Assembly (NCBI GenBank): GCA_038227875.1
Contig: JBBRPR010000029.1
Coordinates: forward strand, 1 to 64,000
DNA: 64,000 bases
Direction: 5' to 3'
From: Planctomycetota bacterium
Lineage (GTDB): Bacteria > Planctomycetota > SZUA-567 > H5-PLA8
In this document: one piece after another, positions 47,508 through 57,133 of the stretch
Layout: every line of letters starts with the position of its first letter
Numbering within the stretch: position 1 is the first letter of the stretch
Translations under genes and position numbers: made by a program
The notes under the pieces: generated by a model
What the model saw: the letters and a program-made list of their open reading frames with translations, nothing else
Told to the model about the DNA's origin: nothing
Database searches by the model: none

Positions 47508-48740
47508 ATGCGGCGCAAAGCTAAGACCAGAGTCCGAATCGCAAAGTTGCCCGCCGACGGCGCGCCCGTGCGCGTGCTGGCGATCTCCGTTACTGGCGTG
47601 ATGGGCGGCGCCGAACGTTCCTTCCTGGAAGTCCTGCGCGCGCTGCCGCGGGAGCGGATCGCGCCGGTCGCGTGTGTGCCGCCGGACAGTCCGCTCGACC
47701 GTCTCTGCGCCGCCGCTGAGATCCCGGTTGAGAGCGTTAACCTGCGCCGCTTCCGCCGTTCCACCAACCCGTTTGTCCTCGCCGGACAAGTCAAGGCGCT
47801 CTATCAGGGTTCGCGCGCCATCGTCGACATCTGCAAAGAGCAGAAGATCGATCTCATTCACGCCAACACCGACTCCGCGGCGTTCGTCGCGTGGGAGGTC
47901 TCGCGCATCACACAGCTTCCGTTCGTCTGGCATTGCCGCGATCTGGTGCCGATGCACGGTTTTGCGCGGATCTTGAGTAGCGCCGCGGCCGGCGTCGTGG
48001 CGATTTCGCGGGCGGTAGAGGCGCATCTCCTGAACGAAGGCGTCGCGCGCGAGAAACTCCACGTCATCGAAAACGGCATCGATCTGACCCGCATTCCCGA
48101 GCAGAGCAAGTGCGCCGAAATCCGCGCCAACCTGCGCGCGGAATTGAGGCTCGACGCCAACCGGCCCACCGTGCTCTGCGTCGGCTCCTACGCGCCGTGG
48201 AAACGACTCGAACAGTTTCTCGACATGCTCGCGCAGTTGCGCACGCAGGTGCCGGAGGTCATGGGCTTGCTCGTCGGCAGCGAAGGCGTCAGCAACAATC
48301 ACGAATACGGCGAGGCGCTGATGGATCACGCCACGGCGGTGGGGCTTGATCCAACGGGGTTGCGCTTCCTGGGTGAACGCGACGACGTGCCGGCGCTGAT
48401 GGCCGCGTCGGACCTGCTGGTCAGCTGCAGCGAGAACGAGCCCTTCGGGCGCGTGCTGGCGGAAGCCGGCGCCGCGGGATTGCCGGTGGTCTCGACGCGC
48501 TCGGGCGGCAAGGCGGAAATCGTCGACGACGGAACGACCGGTTTTCTCACCGCGCAAGGCGACGTGCCGGAACTGACCGCGGCCTGTGCGCGGTTGTTGA
48601 AGGATGCGGCATTGCGGGAGAAGTTTGGCGCGGCGGCGCGCGAGCGCGTGGAAAAACTCTTCGACGTTCACCGCACGGCTGGAGAAGTGGCGCAGTTGTT
48701 TGAAACGATCACCGGCCGGCGCGAGGCCAGCCATGTTTGA
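47508..48740 (+). CDS. GT4 glycosyltransferase
   Basis: GGAERS, VIENGID, ENEPFGRVLAEAGAAGLPVV. Confidence 0.92.
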   Translation: MRRKAKTRVRIAKLPADGAPVRVLAISVTGVMGGAERSFLEVLRALPRERIAPVACVPPDSPLDRLCAAAEIPVESVNLRRFRRSTNPFVLAGQVKALYQGSRAIVDICKEQKIDLIHANTDSAAFVAWEVSRITQLPFVWHCRDLVPMHGFARILSSAAAGVVAISRAVEAHLLNEGVAREKLHVIENGIDLTRIPEQSKCAEIRANLRAELRLDANRPTVLCVGSYAPWKRLEQFLDMLAQLRTQVPEVMGLLVGSEGVSNNHEYGEALMDHATAVGLDPTGLRFLGERDDVPALMAASDLLVSCSENEPFGRVLAEAGAAGLPVVSTRSGGKAEIVDDGTTGFLTAQGDVPELTAACARLLKDAALREKFGAAARERVEKLFDVHRTAGEVAQLFETITGRREASHV

Positions 48741-49041
48741 ACGTTTGGAATACGAAGAAGAAGGCGATCAGGTTCGGTCGAAACACACGTTAGTTGAAAA
48801 TTATTCGGTGCTGCGCCGGCAGTATCTGCGGGCGCGCGAATACTGCGGGTACTCGCTTGATGAAATTATTAATTCCCGCGCAGCGCACCGTTACCTTTCT
48901 GAAATCTGGCTGTTGGGATGCATGGTCCGCAAGCCACAGAAGGCACAACAACTGCCCGAGCGCATCCGGATTGGTAATGTGATGCCGGTAGAGCCTTCGA
49001 TGGCTGCCACGAAAAAGGGAAAGCTCGAACCCCGTCTTTAG
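48733..49041 (+). CDS. Small hypothetical protein
   Basis: ATG overlaps the end of the GT4 gene with GAGG SD; fills the gap to pilT. Confidence 0.5.
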   Translation: MFERLEYEEEGDQVRSKHTLVENYSVLRRQYLRAREYCGYSLDEIINSRAAHRYLSEIWLLGCMVRKPQKAQQLPERIRIGNVMPVEPSMAATKKGKLEPRL

Positions 49042-49085
49042 CGTGAATTGAGTGCACGCAAGGGCGGGCCGGGCGGAAAGTCACC

Positions 49086-50141
49086 ATGACCAGCGCCAGC
49101 AACGCCATCTTCCGCTACCTCGACGCGGCCATTTCCAAAGAGGCCAGCGACCTGATCTTCACCGTCGGTGTGCCGCCGTCCGTGCGCATCCACGGCAGCA
49201 TCAGCCAGTTCGATGTCGCTCCGCTGACGATGGAAGACACGCAGAAGATTCTCTACAGCGTGCTCAACTCGCATCAGATTGCGCGCTTTGAAGAAGACAA
49301 AGAACTCGACTTCTCGATTCAGTATCAGAACAAGGCGCGCTTCCGCGGCAACGCGTTCCGGCAGAAGGGCGCAGTCGGCGCAGTCTTTCGCCTGATCTCA
49401 TCGACGATTCCTACCCTGACCGATCTGGGGCTGCCGGGAGTGCTCGAAGAAGTCTGCACGCAGTCGCAGGGTCTCCTGCTGTTCACCGGGCCGACCGGGC
49501 ATGGTAAATCGACCACGCAGGCGGCGATGGTCAACGTGATCAACGAAAAGCGGCGCTGCCACATCATCACCGTCGAAGACCCGATCGAATTCCTCCACGT
49601 CTCGCAAAAGGCGATTATCGAACAGCGCGAAGTCGGCGACGACACACACTCTTTTGCGTCGGCTTTGAAACACGTGCTGCGTCAAAATCCCGATGTCATC
49701 CAGATCGGCGAGTTGCGCGATCTGGAGAGCATGGCGGTGGCGCTGACGGCCGCGGAGACCGGACATCTGGTGATGGCGACGCTGCACACCAATTCCGCCG
49801 TGCAGGCCGTCGACCGCATCATCGACGTCTTTCCGCCGTACCAGCAGAACCAGATCCGGACACAGTTGAGCTTCTGCCTGACGGCGATTATTTCGCAGCG
49901 CCTGCTGCCGAAGGCCGATGGTCAGGGGCGCGTGCCGGCCGTGGAAATTCTGCGCAACCTGCCCAGCGTCGCCAACCTGATTCGCGAAGGCAAGACGCAG
50001 CAGATCGCCAGCATCATCGAAACGCACGCCAAGGTCGGCATGCAGACGATGGATTCGGTGTTGAAGGACATGTATCGCCGCGGCGTCATCACCCGCGACA
50101 CGGCGATGAAGCACGTGACCAGCCCGCGTACGCTGGACTAA
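49086..50141 (+). CDS. pilT: Type IV pilus retraction ATPase PilT/PilU paralog
   Basis: GPTGHGKSTT, TVEDPIE, QREVG, IGELRD, TGHLVMATLHT, VANLIRE. Confidence 0.9.
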   Translation: MTSASNAIFRYLDAAISKEASDLIFTVGVPPSVRIHGSISQFDVAPLTMEDTQKILYSVLNSHQIARFEEDKELDFSIQYQNKARFRGNAFRQKGAVGAVFRLISSTIPTLTDLGLPGVLEEVCTQSQGLLLFTGPTGHGKSTTQAAMVNVINEKRRCHIITVEDPIEFLHVSQKAIIEQREVGDDTHSFASALKHVLRQNPDVIQIGELRDLESMAVALTAAETGHLVMATLHTNSAVQAVDRIIDVFPPYQQNQIRTQLSFCLTAIISQRLLPKADGQGRVPAVEILRNLPSVANLIREGKTQQIASIIETHAKVGMQTMDSVLKDMYRRGVITRDTAMKHVTSPRTLD

Positions 50142-50224
50142 GCGAGCGTGTGTTTAATAGCCACCATATTGCAAATTTGCAATATGGTGGGCGTCCCGCG
50201 CTACACAAGAATGGAGGTACGCGA

Positions 50225-51001
50225 ATGCCTGTGATTTACTTTCTCGCGTCCTTGGCGTTTGTGGGTCTGGGCGTGTACGGCGGCATGTGCGCCTATTACC
50301 GCTGGACCGGCGGCGACCGTGGCTTTATCTGCTTCGAACCGCTCTGGGGGATGTACTTCGGGCTGGCGCAGTTCTTTACACTGGCCGGCGCGGCGGCGGG
50401 ATTTCACGCGCTGAACGGTAACGCATTTCTGGTGGAGCTGGCGCTCTTTCCCTTCGGCGTGGCGGGGACGGTGATGTGGGGCTTTGGCTTCGCGATGGAA
50501 TCCGGCACGCGCTTCATGGAAGAATCGTCGAGCAAGGTCGTGCGCACGTTTGACCGCGGCGACGGCTTGATGACGCAGAGTAAGTTCGCCGAAGCCGAAC
50601 AGGAATTCCGCACCGCGCGCGAGGAAGAGCCCGGAAACATGGAAGCGCTGATGCGCCTTAGCCGTGCGTTGGAAGGGCAGAAAAAGTACGAGATGGCCGC
50701 ACAGGAACTGGCCAGCGCGCTGCGCGGCATCATCGACCAGCGCAACGACCCGGCGTTTGAGAAAGATCCATGGGAGCCGAAAGTGTTGCTGATCACCTAC
50801 GCGCTCGGCGACTTGTATGCAGGAAAACTGTCGGACTCCGAACGCGCATTGCGACTCTACAAATCGACGCTGGAACTGCTCTTCGGCTACCGTGATGCCA
50901 ACCCGCTGCGCGAACGCTTGAAGCGTCTCGAACGCGCCTCGGCGGAGCTGCCGGTCGATCCGGCGGAAGTCGTTCCGCATCGCGTCTCGCTGGACGACTG
51001 A
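50225..51001 (+). CDS. Membrane protein with C-terminal TPR
   Basis: GGAGG SD; three TM helices followed by TPR-like helices. Confidence 0.75.
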   Translation: MPVIYFLASLAFVGLGVYGGMCAYYRWTGGDRGFICFEPLWGMYFGLAQFFTLAGAAAGFHALNGNAFLVELALFPFGVAGTVMWGFGFAMESGTRFMEESSSKVVRTFDRGDGLMTQSKFAEAEQEFRTAREEEPGNMEALMRLSRALEGQKKYEMAAQELASALRGIIDQRNDPAFEKDPWEPKVLLITYALGDLYAGKLSDSERALRLYKSTLELLFGYRDANPLRERLKRLERASAELPVDPAEVVPHRVSLDD

Positions 51002-51027
51002 ATTTCTGCCACTTCTGTGGGGCGACT

Positions 51028-51405
51028 ATGACGCGCGTGATCGGTATGGTTTGGGTCACGACGCTGTTCATACTGCCAGCGTGTTCCACGTCACATGAAG
51101 TTGCCTGCAACGCAGCCCCAATTTCCTCAACAGCGGTCGATCCCACTAAACAACTGTATGGTGGAATGAGCGTTGCGGCGTTGGAGGTATTGCTCGGCAA
51201 GCCTGATACAGTGCGGCCATGGGGCAGAATGTCGGGACCCGGAAGTAGCGACCCGGTCTTTGCCTGGAATTACACGCACATCAAAAATGAGTCCGGAGAA
51301 TTCTTGCGCGTTGTCATTGTTGCGCGCCCGGGCGATACCGTCTTTGAATTTTCATACGAGGTGGAGTCGTGGAACTTTGTCAACCTTAGCGACCAAGGTC
51401 GCTAG
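51028..51405 (+). CDS. Putative lipoprotein (BamE/SmpA-like GMS..V..LLGKP motif)
   Basis: LPAC lipobox-like; GMSVAALEVLLGKPD..WNY; lower GC than neighbours. Confidence 0.55.
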   Translation: MTRVIGMVWVTTLFILPACSTSHEVACNAAPISSTAVDPTKQLYGGMSVAALEVLLGKPDTVRPWGRMSGPGSSDPVFAWNYTHIKNESGEFLRVVIVARPGDTVFEFSYEVESWNFVNLSDQGR

Positions 51406-51716
51406 GGTGATTTAATCTTGTTACAAATTTGAAACCGTAGTCTGCGGAGTGGTCAGGATAGGGACTACAGTCCCCATGTTGGCTTTTGACCACATGGCCA
51501 ATTGGTACCTTCCGGAAAATTTTCCGGAGGGGCATTGCCATTCCTCCATATTCTTGTCCCGCCATTACCCCTGCCAAAGAAATAGTAGCAGGCGAATTCT
51601 TCGGCGGCGGCTTTCCCACATCTTCAGTGCTGTGTTACCTCTGCTGCGAGTGGCTCACAGGTGCATGACTCGCCATCAACAGCGGCATTCGTGCTCACGC
51701 TAATTTCACAAGATTT

Positions 51717-51746
51717 CCGAACAAGCCGCGTGTTGGCGGGGACTTA
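51717..51746 (+). promoter_or_regulatory. Candidate autoregulated ECF promoter
   Basis: CCGAAC-17 nt-GGACTT just before the AGGAGG SD of the ECF gene. Confidence 0.45.
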
Positions 51747-51762
51747 GTTATAGGAGGCACTC

Positions 51763-52362
51763 GTGGCCACAACGACGTCGGCACAACACATCATGAGACA
51801 AGCGCGCGAAGATTCGCCGGATGGCGTGCCCCCGGAATATTGGGAATTGCTCAACCAATACCGCGCGGAACTGATCGCGCAGGCTGCCGGAATTCTCGGC
51901 AACGCCGCCGACGCTGAAGACGTGGTGCAGGAAACGTTCTTCGAAGCGCTGCGCCACACCGAACAGATGAACCACGCTGAATCGCTGGGCGCGTGGATGC
52001 GCAACGCCAACCGCTGCAACGCGCTCAACCGTCTGCGCTCGCGGACGCGCGACAAGAAAAAATCGGAGCGCCTGATTCGTCTCGAACCCGACGCCACGCA
52101 CACCACCGGCGGCTTTAGCGCGCTGGAACTGCGCGAGTCCGTCGCCAAAGCACTGCAGAAACTTCCGTCGCATAAACGCGAAATCGTGCGGCTGCGCTAC
52201 TGGGAGAATCTTTCGTACAAGGAAATCGCGCAGCGCCTGAAGCTGCCGCAGGGCACCGTGGGCCGGATTCTCTGCGAAGCGTCCTTGGAACTCTACGAAG
52301 CCATGCAATCGCATCTGGAACCTGGAACGCCGCCGGCCAACGCGCCGGACGAAGCGGTCTAA
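51763..52362 (+). CDS. ECF sigma factor
   Basis: DAEDVVQETF region 2; LRYWENLSYKEIAQRLKLPQGTV region 4; AGGAGG SD. Confidence 0.92.
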   Translation: MATTTSAQHIMRQAREDSPDGVPPEYWELLNQYRAELIAQAAGILGNAADAEDVVQETFFEALRHTEQMNHAESLGAWMRNANRCNALNRLRSRTRDKKKSERLIRLEPDATHTTGGFSALELRESVAKALQKLPSHKREIVRLRYWENLSYKEIAQRLKLPQGTVGRILCEASLELYEAMQSHLEPGTPPANAPDEAV

Positions 52363-52378
52363 TCAAAGGGGAAACGCA

Positions 52379-54328
52379 ATGGTCTCGATCGACACCTGTG
52401 AAGCGGTCACCGAACTGATGGGACCGTATCTGGAAAAGGATCTGCCCGCGGCCGATCGCAGCAAGGTCGAGACGCATCTCAAGATCTGCGACGCATGCCG
52501 CGACAAGCTCCGTCGCTTTGGCGCCGTGCGCGGATTGCTGCAGTACACCTCACGACTGGACACCGGCAAAAACAACGTCGTCGAACCGCTCGAAGATCGC
52601 GGCGAGCTCGTGGGTGCGGCCCCGGGCAGCGGGATGCTCGGTCGCATGAGTGGCGCGCCGTGGTGGGCCGTTTCGCTGGCGCTCCACGTCCTCGTCATCT
52701 TGCTGGCCAGTCTGGTCTCGATGGCCATCGAACTGCCGAAGAATGATGACGCCGTGATCATGACCACCGAATTGCAGCAGCGCCCGGTGCTGACCAACGA
52801 CGAGCAGGAAAAGCCCAAGCCTCCCGCGGAAACCGCGCTGCAGTCGAAGTCCGACACGCCGCCGACCGATCCGACCTCGCAGGAAGTGTCCAATATCGTC
52901 GTGCCGCCGGACATCCTGGCCAAGGCGGAACTCGGCGACCATTTTGAAACCATTAATCTCGACCGACCCGACACGCACAGCGCGTTTGGCAACGAAGACG
53001 CGAAGATGTTTCACTCTGTCTCCGGCAACGATGACAAGCCCGGCGGCGGCGGGACGGGTGGGATGAGCATGGAAGACGTGGTCGGCGTCGGCGGCGCAGG
53101 CAGCGCGGGCACCGGCGGCGGCTGGGGCGGCGGAAATGGCACGGGCATTGGCGTGCAATCGGGCGCGGGGAAGGGGAGCTTCGGCAATCGCTCCGGCGGC
53201 GGACGCAAGCTGATGGTCAAGCGCCACGGCGGATCGGCCGCGACGGAAAGTGCCGTCGACAAGGCGCTGCGCTGGCTGGCGTACCATCAGGAAGCCGACG
53301 GCCACTGGGAAGTCGACAAATTCTTGAGCAACAAGGAACTCCGCTACGGCGGCAGCGCATGGCTGAATTCCAAGTTCGTCCCCGGCGTGACCGGATTGGC
53401 GACGCTGGCCTTCCTCGGCGCCGGACATTCCACCCGCATCGGCGCGTACAAGGACAACGTCAAGCGCGCCGTCGCCTGGATCATGTCGCAGCAGGGACCC
53501 GACGGCGATTACTCCTCGAAGTATCCCGGCAGCAAACTCGCGCAGTACTACGACCACTGCATCTGCACGCTGGCGCTGTGCGAAGCGCTGGCGATGAGCG
53601 GCCATATCGCGGAAAGCCCGGGCGACAAGAAATCCGAACTGCAGGATTCGGTCGAGAAGGGCATCGCGCTGATCCTGAAGTGGCAGTCGCAGAATACCAC
53701 CGGCGGCTGGACGTACTACGACCGCCAAGTCACCGATCCGACCGTGACCGGTTGGGCGGTGATGGCGCTGAAGTCGGCGAAGGTGGCTGGCATTCACGTT
53801 CCGGCCGATGCGATCTTGCGCGCCAAAGATGCGATCAAGAACGTCACCACACTCGACAAGGCCAAGGGCGATTACGGCGAGTCTGTCACCGGCTATCTCG
53901 ACGCGGGCGCGAAGAACTTCGGCAGTAAAGGCTACGCCTGCACGGCCGCTGGCATGGTGATCAACCTGTTCCTCGGCGCGAACACGACCGACGACTACGT
54001 CGCCGGAGCCGCCGCCTTCATCACCGCCGACGACGGCCTGCCGCAGTACCTCTTCAAGCCGCAGGACCCGACGACCGATCATCAGAATCTTTACTACTGG
54101 TACTACGGCACGATGGGTACGTTCCAGGCCGGCGGCGATTACTGGAAGAAGTGGAACGAAAAACTGAAAGCCGCGCTGGTCCCCAATCAGTGCAAAGACG
54201 GCGACAACGACGGCTCATGGGCTCCCGATGACGTCTGGGGTGCATGGGGCGGCCGCGTGTACTCGACGGCGCTGGGGTGTCTGTGCCTGGAGGTGTATTA
54301 CCGGTATCAGAAGTTGAATGACAAGTGA
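52379..54328 (+). CDS. zf-HC2 anti-sigma domain + TM + prenyltransferase/squalene-oxidase-repeat barrel
   Basis: HLKICDAC; PWWAVSLALHVL TM; Gly-rich linker; QEADGHW, QNTTGGW, DGSW; LCLEVYYRY. Confidence 0.88.
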   Translation: MVSIDTCEAVTELMGPYLEKDLPAADRSKVETHLKICDACRDKLRRFGAVRGLLQYTSRLDTGKNNVVEPLEDRGELVGAAPGSGMLGRMSGAPWWAVSLALHVLVILLASLVSMAIELPKNDDAVIMTTELQQRPVLTNDEQEKPKPPAETALQSKSDTPPTDPTSQEVSNIVVPPDILAKAELGDHFETINLDRPDTHSAFGNEDAKMFHSVSGNDDKPGGGGTGGMSMEDVVGVGGAGSAGTGGGWGGGNGTGIGVQSGAGKGSFGNRSGGGRKLMVKRHGGSAATESAVDKALRWLAYHQEADGHWEVDKFLSNKELRYGGSAWLNSKFVPGVTGLATLAFLGAGHSTRIGAYKDNVKRAVAWIMSQQGPDGDYSSKYPGSKLAQYYDHCICTLALCEALAMSGHIAESPGDKKSELQDSVEKGIALILKWQSQNTTGGWTYYDRQVTDPTVTGWAVMALKSAKVAGIHVPADAILRAKDAIKNVTTLDKAKGDYGESVTGYLDAGAKNFGSKGYACTAAGMVINLFLGANTTDDYVAGAAAFITADDGLPQYLFKPQDPTTDHQNLYYWYYGTMGTFQAGGDYWKKWNEKLKAALVPNQCKDGDNDGSWAPDDVWGAWGGRVYSTALGCLCLEVYYRYQKLNDK

Positions 54329-54356
54329 AGCGCGCCGCGCGGCGCGCCATGGCGCG

Positions 54357-54465
54357 AGGGGTCAGGGGTCAGGGGTCAGAGGTGGGTGCATCTGCGGATG
54401 TGACGTTACTTTGAGCGCAATCGTTGTAAGAAGGCAGAAGGCAGAAGGCAGTAGCAGTAGGCAGT
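54357..54465 (+). repeat. Heptamer tandem repeats
   Basis: (AGGGGTC)x3 at 54357-54377; (AGAAGGC)x3 + AGTAGC + AGTAGGC at 54429-54462. Confidence 0.8.
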
Positions 54466-54589
54466 TTTTTCGAGATGGAGTGTCAAAAAAACGGACGGGC
54501 GAGATTTGGCCAGTTATCCTGACCGTGTTCTCGGAACCGTTTCAGAACTGATTGTGTGCGCCGACGAGGTTCTTGTTCGCTGGCGCTCA

Positions 54590-54624
54590 CCCATCCGAAT
54601 TCTTCGAATTCGGATGGGCCGCCC
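54590..54624 (+). repeat. REP-like perfect hairpin
   Basis: CCCATCCGAATTC-TTC-GAATTCGGATGGG, 13-bp stem with a CCGCCC tail. Confidence 0.6.
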
Positions 54625-54716
54625 TCGCGGGTTACGGGTGCGTCATTTTGACTGACGGATTGCTCGACTCGCCGACAGGACTCCCAAGTGCCAAAAGCTA
54701 CGAGCCAAGAGCCGCC

Positions 54717-57119
54717 CTACTCGTACGTCAGCTTGAACAGGACGCGCAGGCCTCGGCAGGTAGGGCAGCGGAAGGTGATCGGGTGGCCGCCGGGGCCGGC
54801 GGTGGTCATGGTACCGGTGCCGGCGCATTCGTTGCAGCGTTCCTCAGTCACCTTCGAACTGAACAGTTTCTCGGCGGCGATGGCGCGCAGGATGGACAGT
54901 TGCGTGTCGGTGCTTTGGTTGGCGAACCAGACGTTCGGGTCGTCGCTGGTCTCCGGATTTTCAACCGGCTTCGCGTTGGCGTAGGGCTGCGCGTGGCTGT
55001 TGTGCGGACGCAGCGTGGTCAGCTCAGCGCTGTCAGAGAGCGGCAATTGTTTGACGCCGTCGCGCAGCCAGCCGCCTCTGCCATACGCGGCGTCGTGAAT
55101 CGTGGCGTAGACCGGATCGGAGATGATGCGGCCTTCTTCGTAGCGGGCATCTTTGTTGGTGCGGCGGTCGAAGTAGTCGCGCACGTCCTTCTCGGCGATG
55201 CCCGTGCCGCGCAGCGTGCGGGCGATGGTGGTGACAAGCTGCGCTTTCAGGCCGTCGGGGCGGCGCGTGTCGCTGACGTAATCCTTCAGATCGTCGAACG
55301 TGAGCGGCACTTCGCGTACGCCGACACTCAAGTCCACGTCGTCGATGGAGACGACTTCGCGAGTCGGGATGGTCAGGTTCATTTCGCCGACTTTGAGGCT
55401 GACGATGCCGTAGCCGTCGCCAGGAATCAACGTGCCGCGGAAGATGTCGCCGTGCGACGTCGTGACCTGTTTGCCCGGCAGCGAGGGAACGATATTGCCC
55501 TTCGCGTCGACCTTGACGCGGCGGGCGAGCTGTTTCTGGATCAGGTCCAGCGCCACGGTGTACGACATCTGGATGACGCGCTTGCGGACTTCGGTTTTGC
55601 AGCCGGCTTCGATGCCCGCGCGCATCGCGTCCCAGCGGCTCTTGAATTCCGAATTAGGAAAGTTGCGGTCGAGCTTCTCGAGGCACTCCGCGGCGGCGAA
55701 GTAATCCCGGGTGAGATTCGCGCGCTGCATCCTTTCGAACAGATCCAGCGTCTGCTGGCGCGCATGCGAGCGGATGATTTCCATTTTGAAATCGTGATTC
55801 GGGCCTTCGGTGCGCGGATCGATAATCTCGGCGCTCTTGAGCTGGTCGAGCGCTTCGAGATAAAGGCCGATCGTGGCGGCTTTGCGGGCGAGTTCCAGAT
55901 GCGCGGCGGCATCGTCGCTGGCCGGCGGCTTGTCGCTTAGCCAGCGGTCGTAGACTTCGTGCCTCGTGTAGAAATCGCATTCGTAGCACGGGATCGCGTC
56001 CTCCGATTTGATGTCGGCGGCCGGGATCATCAGCAGAGGCGCGTTGGCGGTGCGGAAGGCGCGCTGGCCGTTGAAGTCGCGGTCGGGGAGCGGCAGGACG
56101 TCCATGGTTCTGCCGCTGGCCAGATGGAGCCGCGCGCCGGTAACCTTCTCGCCCCAGGCGGTGCGGCCGCCGCTCTCTTCAAGTCCGTATTGTTTCTTGA
56201 TGCGCCGTCGCTCGCTGGACTCCAGTGTGTTCCAGCGTAACGCGACGACCTGGCCGGTGTCGGCGAGCTTGATCTTAAAATCGGTCTCCGTGGCCGGCAG
56301 GATCGCCTTGCCGATAATCGGCTCACCATTCACCACGACGATGACATCGTCGGCAGACGCCACATTTTCAGGCTGCGCAATGGCCGCAGGCTCGACGGGC
56401 GGCGCGACCGGTGTGGGCGGAGGAACCACGGACGTGGACGCAACCGGGGGGATCGAATCGGGAAGCTTCGGCGCTTCGACTTTGGGGTCTGGCGTAGTCG
56501 GAGGCGGCGGAGTGGTCGCGACGACCGGCGGCATATCGACAGGAGCTTTCTCTGCGACCTCTGGGCGGATCGATGGCGTGGGGGTCGGAGCGACAGGCCC
56601 GCGCGACGGCGGAGCCTCGGCGTGAGTCAGCGGCGGAGCGGGCTTGATTCCGGCAGGAGGCGTTTTCGTTTCGAGCGGTTCTTCGCGCGGCGAGACGGAT
56701 ACCGCCACGGGCTGTGCGCTGCGTTTCATGCTGAAAAACACCAGCACCGCCGCGCACGCGATCAGCGACGCGACCGTGCCGACCCACAATCTCACCACCC
56801 ACGAGCGCAGGCGCTGATTTTCCGCGCGCCAGGCTTCGGGGATCGTGGCTTGCGCAGTCACCGAGGTTGCCGCTGCTTCTGTTGGTACGCTCACGGCGTC
56901 CGTGGCTGTGGTTGACGCACTGGCTGCGGCGGCTTCCAGATCGGGGCGGACGCGTCGCACGGTCTGAGCGCGGGATGACGTGATCTTGTGTTGAACGGTC
57001 GCGAAAATGTTGTCGAGCTGCGACGGCGTCGGATTGCCGCCATTTTCCAGCGTCTGGCGCAACACGTGGCCGAAGCGGTCGTGTTCAGGAATGATCGGTT
57101 CCGGTTCGTTCATGCCCAT
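54717..57119 (-). CDS. Single-TM anti-sigma-like protein with Pro-rich linker and C-terminal CxxCxG zinc finger
   Basis: Directly after ECF gene; TM LWVGTVASLIACAAVLVFF; CNECAGTG...CPTCRG. Confidence 0.75.
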   Translation of the reverse strand: MGMNEPEPIIPEHDRFGHVLRQTLENGGNPTPSQLDNIFATVQHKITSSRAQTVRRVRPDLEAAAASASTTATDAVSVPTEAAATSVTAQATIPEAWRAENQRLRSWVVRLWVGTVASLIACAAVLVFFSMKRSAQPVAVSVSPREEPLETKTPPAGIKPAPPLTHAEAPPSRGPVAPTPTPSIRPEVAEKAPVDMPPVVATTPPPPTTPDPKVEAPKLPDSIPPVASTSVVPPPTPVAPPVEPAAIAQPENVASADDVIVVVNGEPIIGKAILPATETDFKIKLADTGQVVALRWNTLESSERRRIKKQYGLEESGGRTAWGEKVTGARLHLASGRTMDVLPLPDRDFNGQRAFRTANAPLLMIPAADIKSEDAIPCYECDFYTRHEVYDRWLSDKPPASDDAAAHLELARKAATIGLYLEALDQLKSAEIIDPRTEGPNHDFKMEIIRSHARQQTLDLFERMQRANLTRDYFAAAECLEKLDRNFPNSEFKSRWDAMRAGIEAGCKTEVRKRVIQMSYTVALDLIQKQLARRVKVDAKGNIVPSLPGKQVTTSHGDIFRGTLIPGDGYGIVSLKVGEMNLTIPTREVVSIDDVDLSVGVREVPLTFDDLKDYVSDTRRPDGLKAQLVTTIARTLRGTGIAEKDVRDYFDRRTNKDARYEEGRIISDPVYATIHDAAYGRGGWLRDGVKQLPLSDSAELTTLRPHNSHAQPYANAKPVENPETSDDPNVWFANQSTDTQLSILRAIAAEKLFSSKVTEERCNECAGTGTMTTAGPGGHPITFRCPTCRGLRVLFKLTYE

Positions 57120-57133
57120 GGACGTGCCTTCCT

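Noticed and set aside
51624..51626. In-frame TGA as selenocysteine
   Set aside because: No recognisable SECIS or CxxU/UxxC context
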